From Octopus vulgaris (Eukaryota): a stretch of DNA of 64,000 bases. Made by a program: the position numbers and the translations under genes. Positions 43,260-55,994 of the stretch are shown here, one piece after another. Within the stretch, counting starts at the first letter, position 1. Each line of letters opens with the position of its first letter. The stretch covers positions 56,916,001 through 56,980,000 of the forward strand of contig OX597826.1 of assembly GCA_951406725.2 (NCBI GenBank). The letters run 5' to 3'. The notes beneath the pieces were generated by a model. That model was not told where the DNA came from. It did no database searches and saw only the letters and a list, made by a program, of their open reading frames with translations.

Positions 43260-43667
43260 CATACATATTGTAGACAGAATGAGATAACAAAGCCAAGGCT
43301 GTGAGGAGTTTTCAGGGCATTTATAATGAAATAGCCTTACAGCTGTTTCTGGGATATTATGAATATTATATATATATATAAAACATACATCTAGCTATAC
43401 ACTCACACATTCATTCTCTTTTCAACCAGACGCAACCTGGTTTCACTCACGCCGTGCCAGGTATCTTACGCCTATTTTTTAACGTATAGTTCTTACCTGC
43501 TCAAGCAGTAAGCGTCTTTTAAGCGGTAATTTAACCTGTTAGAAATAGTAGCTAAATCTTTCACAAACCACAGAGTGGTCGCAGTTGGAGCATATTTGGT
43601 TCAGTGTGTTCCGTCAGGACTGACCTGCTAACTGAACAACATCATAAACCGTTGCATGTGCGTACAG

Positions 43668-43750
<83 letters not shown>

Positions 43751-44414
43751 CACTTAATAACCTACAAGATAAGATTCCTGATTTATAGAAATTATCTCTG
43801 CTTCCAGAATGGTTGGAACAGTTGTTTGATGATGACTGACTCCAGCTACACATACATACGTGCGCACAAAAGATGTACTTTATAAATCAAAGGTTTTTTT
43901 AAAAATTAAAAAATTTTTTTTTTGAACTGCAACTTGATAGTTTGTATACACGGAATTTTTGTACAGATGTGCATATATGAGATAGCATGTATGCGAGTGT
44001 GTGTGTGTGTGTCTGTGTAATTAGTAAAACACTAAGAATACGTCTGTGAAAGCCCGAAAATGTGACTGGTGTGTGTGTCAACGTCAGACGCTTGTAAGTT
44101 TTAATTTGCAAAGGAAAGTGAAGATCGAAGATAGCTAGAGAGAGAGAGGGGGGAGAAAGAGTGTGTGTGTGTGTGTGTGAAAGTCAGTATGTGCTATTTG
44201 AGAAACTGTGTGCACGTATGAGAAGGAATGTGTGCGTGTGCATGTGTGTTTGCGTGCACCAGACTGAAGAAGTTAGGGATCAGCCTTGCACTTTTCTAAA
44301 CCCCACTTTCACTTTAATTAAACCAACATTCATCAATAATTTATGAGAGTGGCCCCTTTGTTTTCATTAGAGGAATTTCTTGTTGAAATGTTTATTAGAA
44401 CTGACTGCACGTTC

Positions 44415-44800
44415 ATTACCACCACCACCACCGCCACAGACACTACCACCACCAGCACCAGCACTCACCAACACCATCACCACAAACACTACCACCTACA
44501 CTACTACACTAACATCACAGTCACCACCAACCACTACCACGACCAAACCACTCTCACCACTAGCATCAGAAACACTACCACCAACTCTACAACCACCACC
44601 ACCACCACCACCATCACCGCCACAAACATTACCACCACCACCACCACCAGCACTCACCATCACCATCACCACAAACACTACCACCTACACTACACTAACA
44701 TCACAGTCACCACCAACCACTACCACGACCAAACCACTCTCACCACTAGCATCAGAAACACTACCACCAACTCTACAACCACCAACACCACCACCACTCA
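44415..44800. repeat. tandem duplication (period 186 bp) of an (ACC)n-derived unit
   Basis: TAGCATCAGAAACACTACC at 44561 and 44747 with colinear flanks. Confidence 0.85.
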
Positions 44801-45345
44801 CCATACTCGCATTAGAAGTCGAGAAAGAGAAAGTGGCGAGTAGAGAAAGGTGCAATGAATGGATTAGTAATGCCTCTGCTCCAGCTGAGCCTGACTGACA
44901 AAAGTTTTAACTTTAAACTAAATATTAAGTAAATGCGTTTCCGTCGGTTTCGACTATGAGCATTTTGATGTTCGACCTTTGGAATTAGCAAGTGGCTGAG
45001 TATTCCACAGACACATGTATTATTATGAATATTAATGCTCGACCAAGATCAGCATGACTGTGTGTGACAAGCAGAATTCACACACACACACACACACACA
45101 CACAACTATTTCACTGGTGTATGCAGATGGCAGAAGGTCCCTTTATGTTTTGGTTTGAGTTCAAATCCAGGGCCAAGATAATTCTACTTTGTTCATGATG
45201 CCCTTTTTTTTCTGAATCTTTTGTATTTTCTTGTTTTAGCCACAGGACAGCAACATTGCTGGGTCCCATCCTTGTAGGGTTCAGTAAATTGCCCCCGGCG
45301 TTTCGATTTCTTTTTAAGCTTCAAATGTTTTTTTTTATCAGTCTC

Positions 45346-45930
45346 TTAAGTTAAGTTAAGTTAATTTTTGGGCTCAAAAAGCAAAAAGCAAGGCCATGTA
45401 GGGGGACATGGAGTTATGTACAGGGAGGGTGTTCATGCAAAGAGTTCAGGCCATTTCTGGTCAAGAGAGACTTTGAACCGAGCGGTCGTCGGCATCTTCA
45501 CAATCTCGTCCGGCAGCTTATTCCACGGATCCGCAACCCGGACGGAGAAAGCCCCTATCCTTCGATTGAGATGAAATCGTCGTCGCAGATAGAGCTTTTC
45601 GGGGTGACCCCGCAGCCAACGCTCTGGAGCAGGAGTGAAGAACAGCTCTTTCGAGAGGTTACACTTTCCGCTTATGATGTTGTGAGCAAGAATGAGATCA
45701 CCACGGCGTCGTCGTTTTTCTAGAGAATAAAGGTCGAGCGTCTTCAGCCTTTCTTCATAAGACAAATGCTTGAAACCAAGAACCATGCGGGTAACCAGCT
45801 TCTGGACTCTTTCGAGATGATGTATGTCTTTGAGGAGATAAGGAGAAGAGGCTTGAGTCCCGTACTCCAATATGGGTCTCACCAGCGTGACATAGAGCGG
45901 TAGGAATATGGCTGCTGTGAGCATTCCGAA
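45346..45930 (-). mobile_element. 5'-truncated CR1-clade LINE: ORF2 C-terminus (45433-45924), 3' UTR and (TTAAC)n tail
   Basis: Translation has LYVTLVRPILEY, LERVQK, YEERLKTLDLYSLEKRRRRGDLI, RGHPEKL and FSVRVADPWNKLP, typical of the post-RT region of CR1 ORF2. Inserted into a decayed family B SINE (about 45230-45345 and 45931-46060). Confidence 0.9.
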
Positions 45931-46147
45931 GTTACAGGGTACGTAAACAAACTAATACTGGTCGAAGACACTTGCTAAAGGTGCCGCGCTGTGGGTCTGA
46001 TTCGGAAAACACCTAGTAGCAAAGTGAGCTTCTTAACCACACAGCCCTGCCTTGCGCCTATACCCTAGAGCCAAACGACTTTATTTTGATACATAGAAAG
46101 AGAGGGACACTTGGTCAAACGAAAACACTGAAATTATATCATGTATA

Positions 46148-46302
46148 GGCGCAGGAGTGGCTGTGTGGTAAGTAGCTTGCTAACCAACCACATGATTCCG
46201 GGTTCAGTCCCACTGCGTGGCACCTTGGGCGAGTGCCTTCTACTATAGCCTCGGGCCGACCAAAGCCTTGTGAGTGGATTTGGTAGACGGAAACTAAAAG
46301 AA

Positions 46303-46345
<43 letters not shown>

Positions 46346-46434
46346 GATATAGATATACTATCGATAACATAATATAAAGCCATATATGGCTATACCCTGC
46401 CTGTCCCTATATTCAGATGGCTTTGTCTCTTATG

Positions 46435-46482
<48 letters not shown>

Positions 46483-46698
46483 ATATGTTTGTGTGTCTGT
46501 GTTTGTCCCTCTAGCATTGCTTGACAACCGATGCTGGTGTGTTTACGTCCCCGTCACTTAGCGGTTCGGCAAAAGAGACCGATAGAATAAGTACTGGGCT
46601 TACAAAGAATAAGTCCCGGGATCGATTTGCTCGACTAAAGGCGGTGCTCCAGCACGGCCGCAGTCAAATGACTGAAACAAGTAAAAGAGTAAAAGAGT
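46148..46698 (+). mobile_element. family B SINE with expanded and interrupted internal microsatellite
   Basis: Head 46148-46305 and tail about 46485-46698, separated by two (TA)n tracts and about 90 bp of unique sequence. Confidence 0.88.
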
Positions 46699-46716
46699 AT
46701 AGTAAGTACAATAACA

Positions 46717-46766
<50 letters not shown>

Positions 46767-47938
46767 CACACGCACACACACACGCACACACACACGCACG
46801 CACGCACGCAAGCATGGATACACACGTGTGCAATACCGGCTGTTTTCCGGTATCGAATTCATGGCTGTTTGTGATCAATTCCATTCAAGTACATCTAACT
46901 TTTGTTTTTTTTTCATCTGAGTAGAGGGCAATGGTTGAAAGGACATCAGTATTAATTCGGCTAGATCTTTTTTTCTTTATTTTATTTTCTTTCTAATTCC
47001 AGTTAAATTCATAACATTTATTTGTTATTCGTATCTATTTATTATTATTATTATTATTATTACTATTTTTTGTTTTTGTGCACCCTTAACCCAGTTATAA
47101 ACATTCTGAACCCCCCAAAATATTCCATGTCTAAAAATCAAAAGATATATGCGCAACATACATTTGTGTGTAGCGTATGTTTTGCTTACATGAAATGTAA
47201 ATGCGGACGTAGGTACGTGTGTGTGTGCGTGTGTGTACGTGTGTGTGTGTGTGTGTGCGTGTGTGTACGTGTGTATGTGTGTGTGTGTGTGTGTGAGTAG
47301 CCGTTTGGTTTAGCGCCGTCTTTCCGTCCTTTTTACACGCTTTTGCTGTCTCAGCAGTATCCTTTTCCTGCTCTAAAGTGGCAATGTACGACACCAAACT
47401 ACTCCGCCTCACCCACACGGTAACTACTACTACTACTACTACTACTACTACCGATGCTACTACTAATCCATCCTCACCACCACCACCACCTCTGCATTTC
47501 CTCCCCGCCACTCCCCCACCACCACCATCATCATTATCGTCACTCATGCAACCACCAACACGATTTCATCACCAGTAACACAGACAGACAGACATACATA
47601 CAACACCAAAGGTGTCGGCAAATATAACTAGGTTACTTCCCTTTGCAATAAACCGCAACCGCCTTCATCGCCCGCATCCTCCACCACAACAAATATCAAT
47701 ATACAAAGAACCACCGTTACCACCGACGACCCCACTGTCAATATACCGCCACCGCCGCCGCCGCCGCCACCACCACCACCTACGCTGTCACCAGTGTCAT
47801 TCAATGACTGACAAAGCTTTTCCTGTTGAAATCAACTTTTATAAGTGAAACAGTAGTTGTAGTATTGATGGTGGCGGCGGCGGTGGTGGTGGTGGTTCAG
47901 ACAGAAGTAGGGCGAAGAAGGTGATAGATGAAAGAAAG

Positions 47939-48168
47939 GGGGCGAGCTGGCAGAAACGTTAGCACGCCGGGCGAAATGTTTAGCAGTATTTCGTCTGCCG
48001 TTACGTTCTGGGTTCAAATTCCGCCGGTGTCGACTTTTCCTTTCATCCTTTCAGGATCGATAAATTAAGTACCAGTTACGCACTGGGGTCGATGTAATCG
48101 ATTTAATCAGTTTGTCTGTCCTTGTTTGTTCCCTCTATGTTTAGCCCCTTGTGGGAAATAAACAAATA
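47939..48168 (+). mobile_element. family A SINE
   Basis: Complete match. TSD AGATGAAAGAAAG. Confidence 0.9.
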
Positions 48169-48343
48169 AGATGAAAGAAAGGGGGAGGGTCTTGATAGAA
48201 TGTTAGCTGGCATTGCAAATGAGTTTATTATTGTTGTTGTTATTATTGCTTAGTAGCTCTCCTACCCCCGGCGCAAATTTGATTGATTAGGCTTATGGCA
48301 ATCATGTAACAGTGCCTTCCAGATCCATGGTACTCATTATCGA

Positions 48344-48576
48344 GGCGGCGAGCTGGCAGAAACGTTAGCAGGCCGGGCGAAATGCGTAGCCGTATTTTTC
48401 TTTTGTCGTTACGTTCTGAGTTCAAATTCCGCCGAGGTCGACTTTGCCTTTCATCCATTCAGTGTCGATAAATTAAGTACCAGTTACGCACTGGAGTCGA
48501 TATAATCGAATTAATCCGTTTGTCTGTCCTTGTTTGTCCCCTTTATGTTTAGCCCCTTGTGGGCAATAAACAAATA
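48344..48576 (+). mobile_element. family A SINE
   Basis: Complete match. Its 3' flank duplicates that of the previous copy. Confidence 0.9.
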
Positions 48577-50081
48577 AGATGAAAGAAAGCGCGAATTGCT
48601 ATTTTACTGTAGCTTTACCTTGAATGTTCGTGTTCGCAACATAAGGAAGGAAACACTGACACAAGTCATATATAAGCGTAAGCCAAAACCAGAGGAAGTA
48701 GACAGAACGCCCTTTATTCTTGTGCCTGGAACAAAAAAGCTCGGACGGACGGATACACACATAGAGTAGGTGACAATTCGTGGCTTCATGAGTTTGCAAA
48801 TGAAAACTGGATTGTGGGCGTTTCAATTTGTTGCACTACAAGGTTTAATGTTATACATTAGATTTTATATACCCTACACTTGGTGTAACATGTTGTTTTA
48901 ATCTGAGAAAAAAAAGAGAGAAAATCTGAATTACCTTCAAGAGTTACAAAGGTAAGGATTGTATGTGCAGTGGAAGTAATTAATGAAACACTGGTAGGTG
49001 TGGTCGATTGGGAGAAAAAGAGATCAGTTGTTAATGTGTGTGAGTGTGTGAAGTTAATTGCCATCTCTAACAATTACCGCTTGTCTTTGCTGAAGTGTTG
49101 TGTGTATAAAAACTTAATGAAAACATGCATTGTCTTCCGAGATGGAAATATCATAGTATCATAGGCATTTGTAATCTTTGCTGGGAAACTTCCACACATA
49201 TATGGCCGACTGTTTGCAAGTATTCCTAAATATTAAAAAAATAAAATCCAGTGGTTACGAATAACACAGTCAAACGAAGGAATCTCTGGCGAATTGCTTG
49301 ACATGCTAGAACTAGCAACCAAATCTTCTTCAACCCATTTACTATCATCGTCTTTAAGAAAGAGAAAACAGTTACTTTTAACATGGAAGAATAGCAGTAG
49401 AAAAAAACTATGGCTGTCCTAAAATGTGGTTTCGTTCACTTTGAGGATGGGAAGCGAAGCGGGTTTACGAATCACCTCAGAGTTACAACTGCTGTTACAA
49501 GTGGTGGAACAGCAGACTCTGGAACATGTCCTCGCTTTCTTTGTCCTTCCAGCTTTACCGAGCAGATAATTCTCAAGCGGATTTTTTTGTCACATGTGTA
49601 ACAAATGAGTTTTCTGCTATGAACGACCAGTCTTTAAGCCTTTTTCCTGCCATCCACTATAGTCGATCGTTATGGGGATATGCGGGTATTAAGTAAGAAC
49701 TTATATGTCCTTAGAGGCCCAACTCGACCTCCTACTGTCGAAAGTCACATCAGTGTGGATGAGCTTCTCATTTAGCGCAACGAAAGTATCAACTAACCGG
49801 GTAGCAATGCCGTCTTTCTATATTTTTTACAGTGATTCCCATGACTTCTCTTTTTTTCTTTTTGGTCCCTAAAATTGTGGGAAGGCATGAGACAAACTAA
49901 CTCGGCTGGCTTCTTCGTGCCACGCATTGAGTCGAAACAGGGGCAGCTGATGAAGGGGAATATTCCTTATATTGTTTGTCTTGTACTCTGTTTTTTTCGT
50001 TGTTAAAAAAAGTCCGTTTCCTTGTTTGATTTTATGTTTTCGTTTCTCGTTGTGTTCTACGTTTATTTGTGATGTCCTGTA

Positions 50082-50137
<56 letters not shown>

Positions 50138-51960
50138 TGTATATATACATATAGATGTACGTATGTACATATATGTATATATGCATATAGATGTAGGTAT
50201 GTACATATATGTATATATGCATATGTTTTATTTATCAAATTGTTATTATATGATTGAACGCCTCGCGTCGATTTCTTTTTTCTTATTCTCCAAGTAAGTT
50301 TTTATTGTATATAAATAAATATATATAGTCAATTCAAATAAACAAATAGTTCAAATAAACGAATAAAAACGGACATGTGGACGTGCATAAGAAATGTATT
50401 AATTTGACGCTCGGTTAATGGAGAGTTTGACGTTTCGAGCATAGTTCTTCGTCGGAAAAAAGAGAAAGGGAAAAGTCCAAAGGAAGAAAAGAAATCGTCA
50501 ACGGCACATGTGTAGTTACATTACTACATAATATATATATATAGTGCTATATGCCCTTCCTCGCCCTTGAAGATCTCATTGCATACATTAGCATGGGTTG
50601 CTTCCAAATAATTTTATTTGTTTTAGAGGGTAAAGAACGTCCTCATGGCTTTAACAATGCTCAGTTACAGTTTCAATCTGTTTTACCTCTGTGAGATAGA
50701 TTTAAGTAGAAAAGCATTTGTCTTATTTCTTCATATTTTTTTTTTTTAGCATAAAGCTGACTTTCAGTTTTCCTTGCATCTAAATGTGTTATATTTCATT
50801 TGTTGCAAATCACATTTGCAAAATACAAGAATGGTCCACTACTCAAATTACTATCATTAGAAAATGTAGAATTATTTTTTTGTTGTTTTTCCAAAAAAAT
50901 ATTGCCAGAAACACTGTCAATGCTTATTTCCCAACAGAAATGTCAATATTTTTTCTCTTCAAAAAATACCTGTATTTCATTGGAAAATTTTCTTGTTAAT
51001 TTTTTCTTAGTATTTTTTTGAGAGGTGTTTAATCTTCAAGAAAATAGGTTTCTTCGTGAAGTAAGTTTTGATGGATGTTATGCATTGCAATATTAAGCAT
51101 GTATGTAATCAAGTTGACAAACTAAATTTGCTTCAGAATAAACATTTTTTTTTTTAAATCTTGACTTTGTATTGGCCAAATGTTCAAATACTCCCAATAT
51201 AAAAAGTAAACTGCCCACCAATTATTCTTTGATGTTTAAATCTATCAGAAACCAGAACCTTGAAGAATGATGTCATAAACACTTCCGGACAGGCTTGCAG
51301 TCAACAACAGCAACAACAACAACAACAATAACAATTGTGTTTTCTAATTTAGGTACAGGGCCCAAAATTTTGAGGCAGGGGTTAGTTGACACCAATGTTC
51401 CCAGTACTTGACTGGTACTTTATTTTGTAATAATTTTTTAGTAATAAAAGCTACAAAAATACAACACAGATGAACAAAATATTTGGGTGTGTATGAGGAT
51501 TTCCAAGCTCAAGAATACACATTTTGGGGTGTTGACTAAATCAAACCCCACTAGTATTTTCCATTTTCGATTTTCTATGTAACCCATGAAAAATGTTGCA
51601 TTTGATCCACTTGCTCGACATTCCTTGGAAAATCACATTTATAGCATTACTAAGGTCTTATCATCTCCTCCTACAAATGTGACTACTTCCTCCATCATGT
51701 CAACAACATCGCCACCACCAGCACCACCATCACCACCACCACCATCATGTCTCAACCTAATATAGGAAATATCTCTTATAGAACTAATTAAATCATTAAC
51801 AAACTGATGTTCTTAGAAGCAAGCAATCAACAGTTTTCAGCTGCCGCAGATTTGCAAACACCTAAATACTACAACCAAGACAAGATGAATACACACATTT
51901 ATCTTTCAATGGTTTGACACAAAAGTTGAAAGTAGATGTCAACACATCTCATCTTTGCTT

Positions 51961-52000
<40 letters not shown>

Positions 52001-52034
52001 TCTTTCTTTCTTTTTTTCTCTCTCTCTTTACCTC

Positions 52035-52126
52035 TTACAATCTGTCTATAGAGTTGTTTTTGAATTTAGCAATATAAAAACAACAACAAAATGCACAAGA
52101 GCAGCATTTCCATTGTTGCTTGATAT
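52035..52126 (-). other. candidate exon of an unrecognised minus-strand transcript (possible terminal coding exon IKQQWKCCSCAFCCCFYIAKFKNNSIDRL*)
   Basis: Strong acceptor TTTTTATTTTCAG at 52127-52139. Open in the phase left by the exon at 55877-55994. Alternative donor AG|GTAAAG at 52031. No homology recognised. Confidence 0.35.
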
Positions 52127-52839
52127 CTGAAAATAAAAATTTTTTAAAAAAACCCTAAAAAAAAAACAACTATCAACTGAATAAAAGAATTTTTAAAAAA
52201 ATTAAAATGTAAAAATTATCGTTTAAATAAAAAAAAATTCTACTTCAGCATTTTCATCTATTTTTGTAATATTTGTAAAGCTTTTAAGTTTTTTTTTATA
52301 TACATTTTTTTTTGTTTTTGCATCATTTGATGAAGATGATGAGGATAAGACACAGGTCAGCATTAAGAGAGAGTTGACCTATGATCAAATGACATTTCAA
52401 CAACGACCAGCTTCATTTATTTTTTTGTTTTTCCTTTCTTTTCTGAGGTTGTAGGTAGGCTGGGATTTGAGAAAGATTTGGCTGGTATTTCTAAAAAGAT
52501 TTATCAACCATATAGATTGATGCTTCTTCATGTCAAGTTATTTCAATTAATCATAAAATTCAGTATTAAGGTTTGCAGCTAAATTAGTAAATACTCAGCT
52601 GTTGTATCTGGCTTTTAATGTTAATAAATAGCAAAGGCAATGGATGAATGAACAGAATTAACAAAATAACTGCCTTGCAGTTATTTAGACACATCTCTTT
52701 ACACTGTGGTTTCAAATTTGAACCCAAGAAAAGTTAACTTTGCCTTCTATCTTCCTGGGGTTTATAGAAAAGAACTTGCCAAGTACTGATCTAAATACAA
52801 TTGATTATTTGCTCTTGTATTTGTATTAAAAGTCAACAT

Positions 52840-53204
52840 GCGTAGGAGTGGCAGTGTGGTAAGTAGCTTGCTTATGAATCACATGGTTCTGGGTTCAGTC
52901 CCACTGCATGGCATCTTGGGCAAGTGTCTTCTACTATAGCCTTGGACCGACCAAAGATTTGTGAGTGGATTTGGTAGACGGAAACTGAAAGAAGCCCGTC
53001 GTATGTAGGTGTGTGTATGTTTGTGTGTCTGTGTTTGTTTCCCAACATCACTTTGCCGAACATCACAGCGGTTCAGCAAAAGAGACTGATAGAATAAGTA
53101 CTAGGCTTACAAAGAATAAGTCCTGGGGTTGATTTGCTTGACTAAAGGCGGTGCTCCAGCATGGCCACAGTCAAATGACTGAAACAAGTAAATGAGTAAA
53201 AGAG
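52840..53204 (+). mobile_element. family B SINE with CpG decay
   Basis: Match with several CG>TG/CA changes (GCATGGC, GAGACTGATAG, GCTTGACT, GGCCACAG). Confidence 0.87.
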
Positions 53205-54239
53205 AAGCTACTTCATCATACTTTTCAAACATGACAAAAAGTGGACAAGAATATATCATGCTTGGTGACAAACTGATGGTTGGTACATCATTGCAATTGA
53301 TTTGAACTCATAGGCTTTCAGCTTCAATTCTGTTAAAGCAAACAAGAGGACAGTATTCAATAGGGGCAAGAAGATTATTGGTATCCTTCAGTGTCAAGTA
53401 GGAATTTTATGTTGGGATAACGAGAGATGAATTATGAAACTGAGGAAGTGTATGCTGGAATGATGCTGAAGTACTGTAGCCACAGAAGTTTCTAATTCAT
53501 GTTAATATAGATCCTCAGTAGCATACCAATTGAAGTGATTACTTCATGGAGAAGCCAGCGGATGATTGGTTATCTTCAAAAACGGAAAAGAAAGCAGACA
53601 AAAACAGAACATCACTCATAATGAGGTAAATAAATTGACAGCCTATCAATCTGCTGAAATCAGCAGATGGATCATGTGATCCACCAAAGCTGGCTGATGG
53701 ATGATGAGATCCACCGAATGCAGCTGATTTACAGTGTAAGACATAGAGAAGCCAGTACAGGATTGTTAACCTCAACAGAGACAGTAAACAGGTGGAGTGA
53801 AGTTAGCAAGGTAACTACTCAGTCATGGGAAGCAAGTCTTTCTTTCTGAGAAATAGTAAGTTTATACTGGCTTCAATCTTTCTTGTGTAAGGATTATAAG
53901 ATATAATTTGCAACATGTCAAAGATAATTATTGTGCTTCACTAAACTTCAAAATATGCAACTTTATTAAATATTGGATATTTCGTGCTAGGTTGAAAAAT
54001 AAAAGGAGTGGGCATGAAGTGAGGGGAGAGGAAGAACAGTGTGTGTGTGTGTGTATGTGTGTGTGTGTGTGTGTGTGTGCGTGCATGCACTCATTGGTGC
54101 ACTATAAGACTAAATATATGTAAATGCTAGTTTTTGTGTTTCAGGGGCAAAAAAAAAAAACTGATTCTTTTGCAGAGTTTATCTGACTTTATAAAACTAG
54201 TGTCATTTAATCAAAAACAAATGAGAAGGGAGAGGAGGA

Positions 54240-54300
<61 letters not shown>

Positions 54301-55110
54301 GAAGTATCTAGTTAAAGAGTATAATCAGAAAAGAAGTAAAAAAAACAAACATCCAGGAATGGATATGAACAATTTCACAAATAAGGAACGAGAGAGAGAG
54401 AGAGAGAGAAAGACAGAGAAAACAAGCATGGATAGAAACTGGAAGACCACAGGTAGATAGAGAGAATGCAATAGAGGAGGCGGGAGAGAGAGAGGGAGAA
54501 AGAAAGAAAGGGAGAGAGAGGGGTGGGGAAGAACCTGAGCTAAACAAAAGATTCTTCAAAGTATTCATTATTCCTACCACCTGCCCCCCAGTTTCCAACC
54601 AAAAAACACAACTTGCATGGCAATTATTTCTATTAGAAATTTCAACCAAAATTATGGTAAATCTTTTCTTATAAATTTTATCAATAAATGTCCATTCATT
54701 TTTTTTTTTGTGTGTGTGTGTTTGTGTTTAGGTAACAAACAACAAATCCAACTCTTAAGAGACACCACAATGCCTTTCTATTATCAGCCAACCTCTGTCA
54801 GCATTGCTAAGACACAATTGCTCCTTCTATATTTGTCATCAGCATTTTCCCAGAAACCTAATTCAGTGATTGCAAAGACAAGATTGTTTTTCTAGAAGCA
54901 ATAATCAAGAGTGTCAACAGACGTTTGAGCATTTCGAAGTAGCTGATTTAAGGCCAAAATAATACCTAGTGGAGGCCTATACTAACAACTACATCTGGCT
55001 TATGGCTATCTCCAAGATTAGAACAAACTGTTTACATGTGTTGTGGTAACGTTGCTGGTTCATAAAATTATCACATAAGGAATTACTACTACTTCATTGT
55101 ACACACAAAT

Positions 55111-55155
55111 ATCATCATCATCATCATCGTTTAACGTCCGTTTTCCATGCTAGCA
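55111..55155 (-). mobile_element. 3' tail of family E element
   Basis: TGCTAGCATGGAAAACGGACGTTAAACGATGATGAT matches about 58350-58393. Confidence 0.75.
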
Positions 55156-55322
55156 AGAAACTCAATACATAAAAATCATGTACACATAAAGATACACCAT
55201 CACCTATACACACGCCACACACAAACATATATATAGGTATACATATTTTTTTATGTATAAACTTCCAAAATAAATGCATGTATACACATAGAAACATATA
55301 TATATATATATATGCATGTGTG

Positions 55323-55355
<33 letters not shown>

Positions 55356-55503
55356 GTATGTATATATACATACATAAATATGCATATATGTGTGTGTATG
55401 TATATATGCATGATATATATATATATATATATATACATTCATACATGTATATATATATATATGTGTGTGTATATATGTATAAGTATGTATACATGTATGT
55501 GTA

Positions 55504-55562
<59 letters not shown>

Positions 55563-55584
55563 GTATATATATTTATAAAAGATA

Positions 55585-55615
<31 letters not shown>

Positions 55616-55686
55616 CATATATGCATATATAGAGAGATAGAGAGATATACACATGCACACTCACTCTCTTTTTCTATCTCTTTCTA

Positions 55687-55722
<36 letters not shown>

Positions 55723-55876
55723 CACACACTCACACACGTACACACATATCAAAGAGATATTGACACTATTAGGCTTCTGCTTAGCAAAACCTGAACATTA
55801 TTTCTAAATGGAGGAAACCTTTGTTTCAAAAATCTATTGAAATTTAATAAAAGTCAAGCTAACTAAATTTACTTAC

Positions 55877-55994
55877 AGGCACCACAGCACACTGTATTTA
55901 CTCTTTGGTAAAAGGAGCTAGCTCTATAGGAATTACCTTTGGTTGATTTTGGAAGGGAGAAGGTGGGAAGAAGATGGAAGAAGGACAAGGCTTT
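55877..55994 (-). other. candidate internal exon (118 nt) of an unrecognised minus-strand transcript
   Basis: Acceptor TTTTTTTTTATTTCAG and donor GTAAGT (55876-55871). One frame is open throughout: KALSFFHLLPTFSLPKSTKGNSYRASSFYQRVNTVCCGA. Confidence 0.42.

Noticed and set aside
49490-49720. Degenerate RTE LINE C-terminus on the minus strand (VKLEGQRKRG)
   Set aside because: Only one short motif resembles RTE and the surrounding frames are broken. Not supportable without an HMM search.
49934-49970. Complete hammerhead from GAAAC...CTGATGA
   Set aside because: Only 8 nt separate GAAA and CUGAUGA, too short for stems III and I, and there is no properly placed downstream GAAA.
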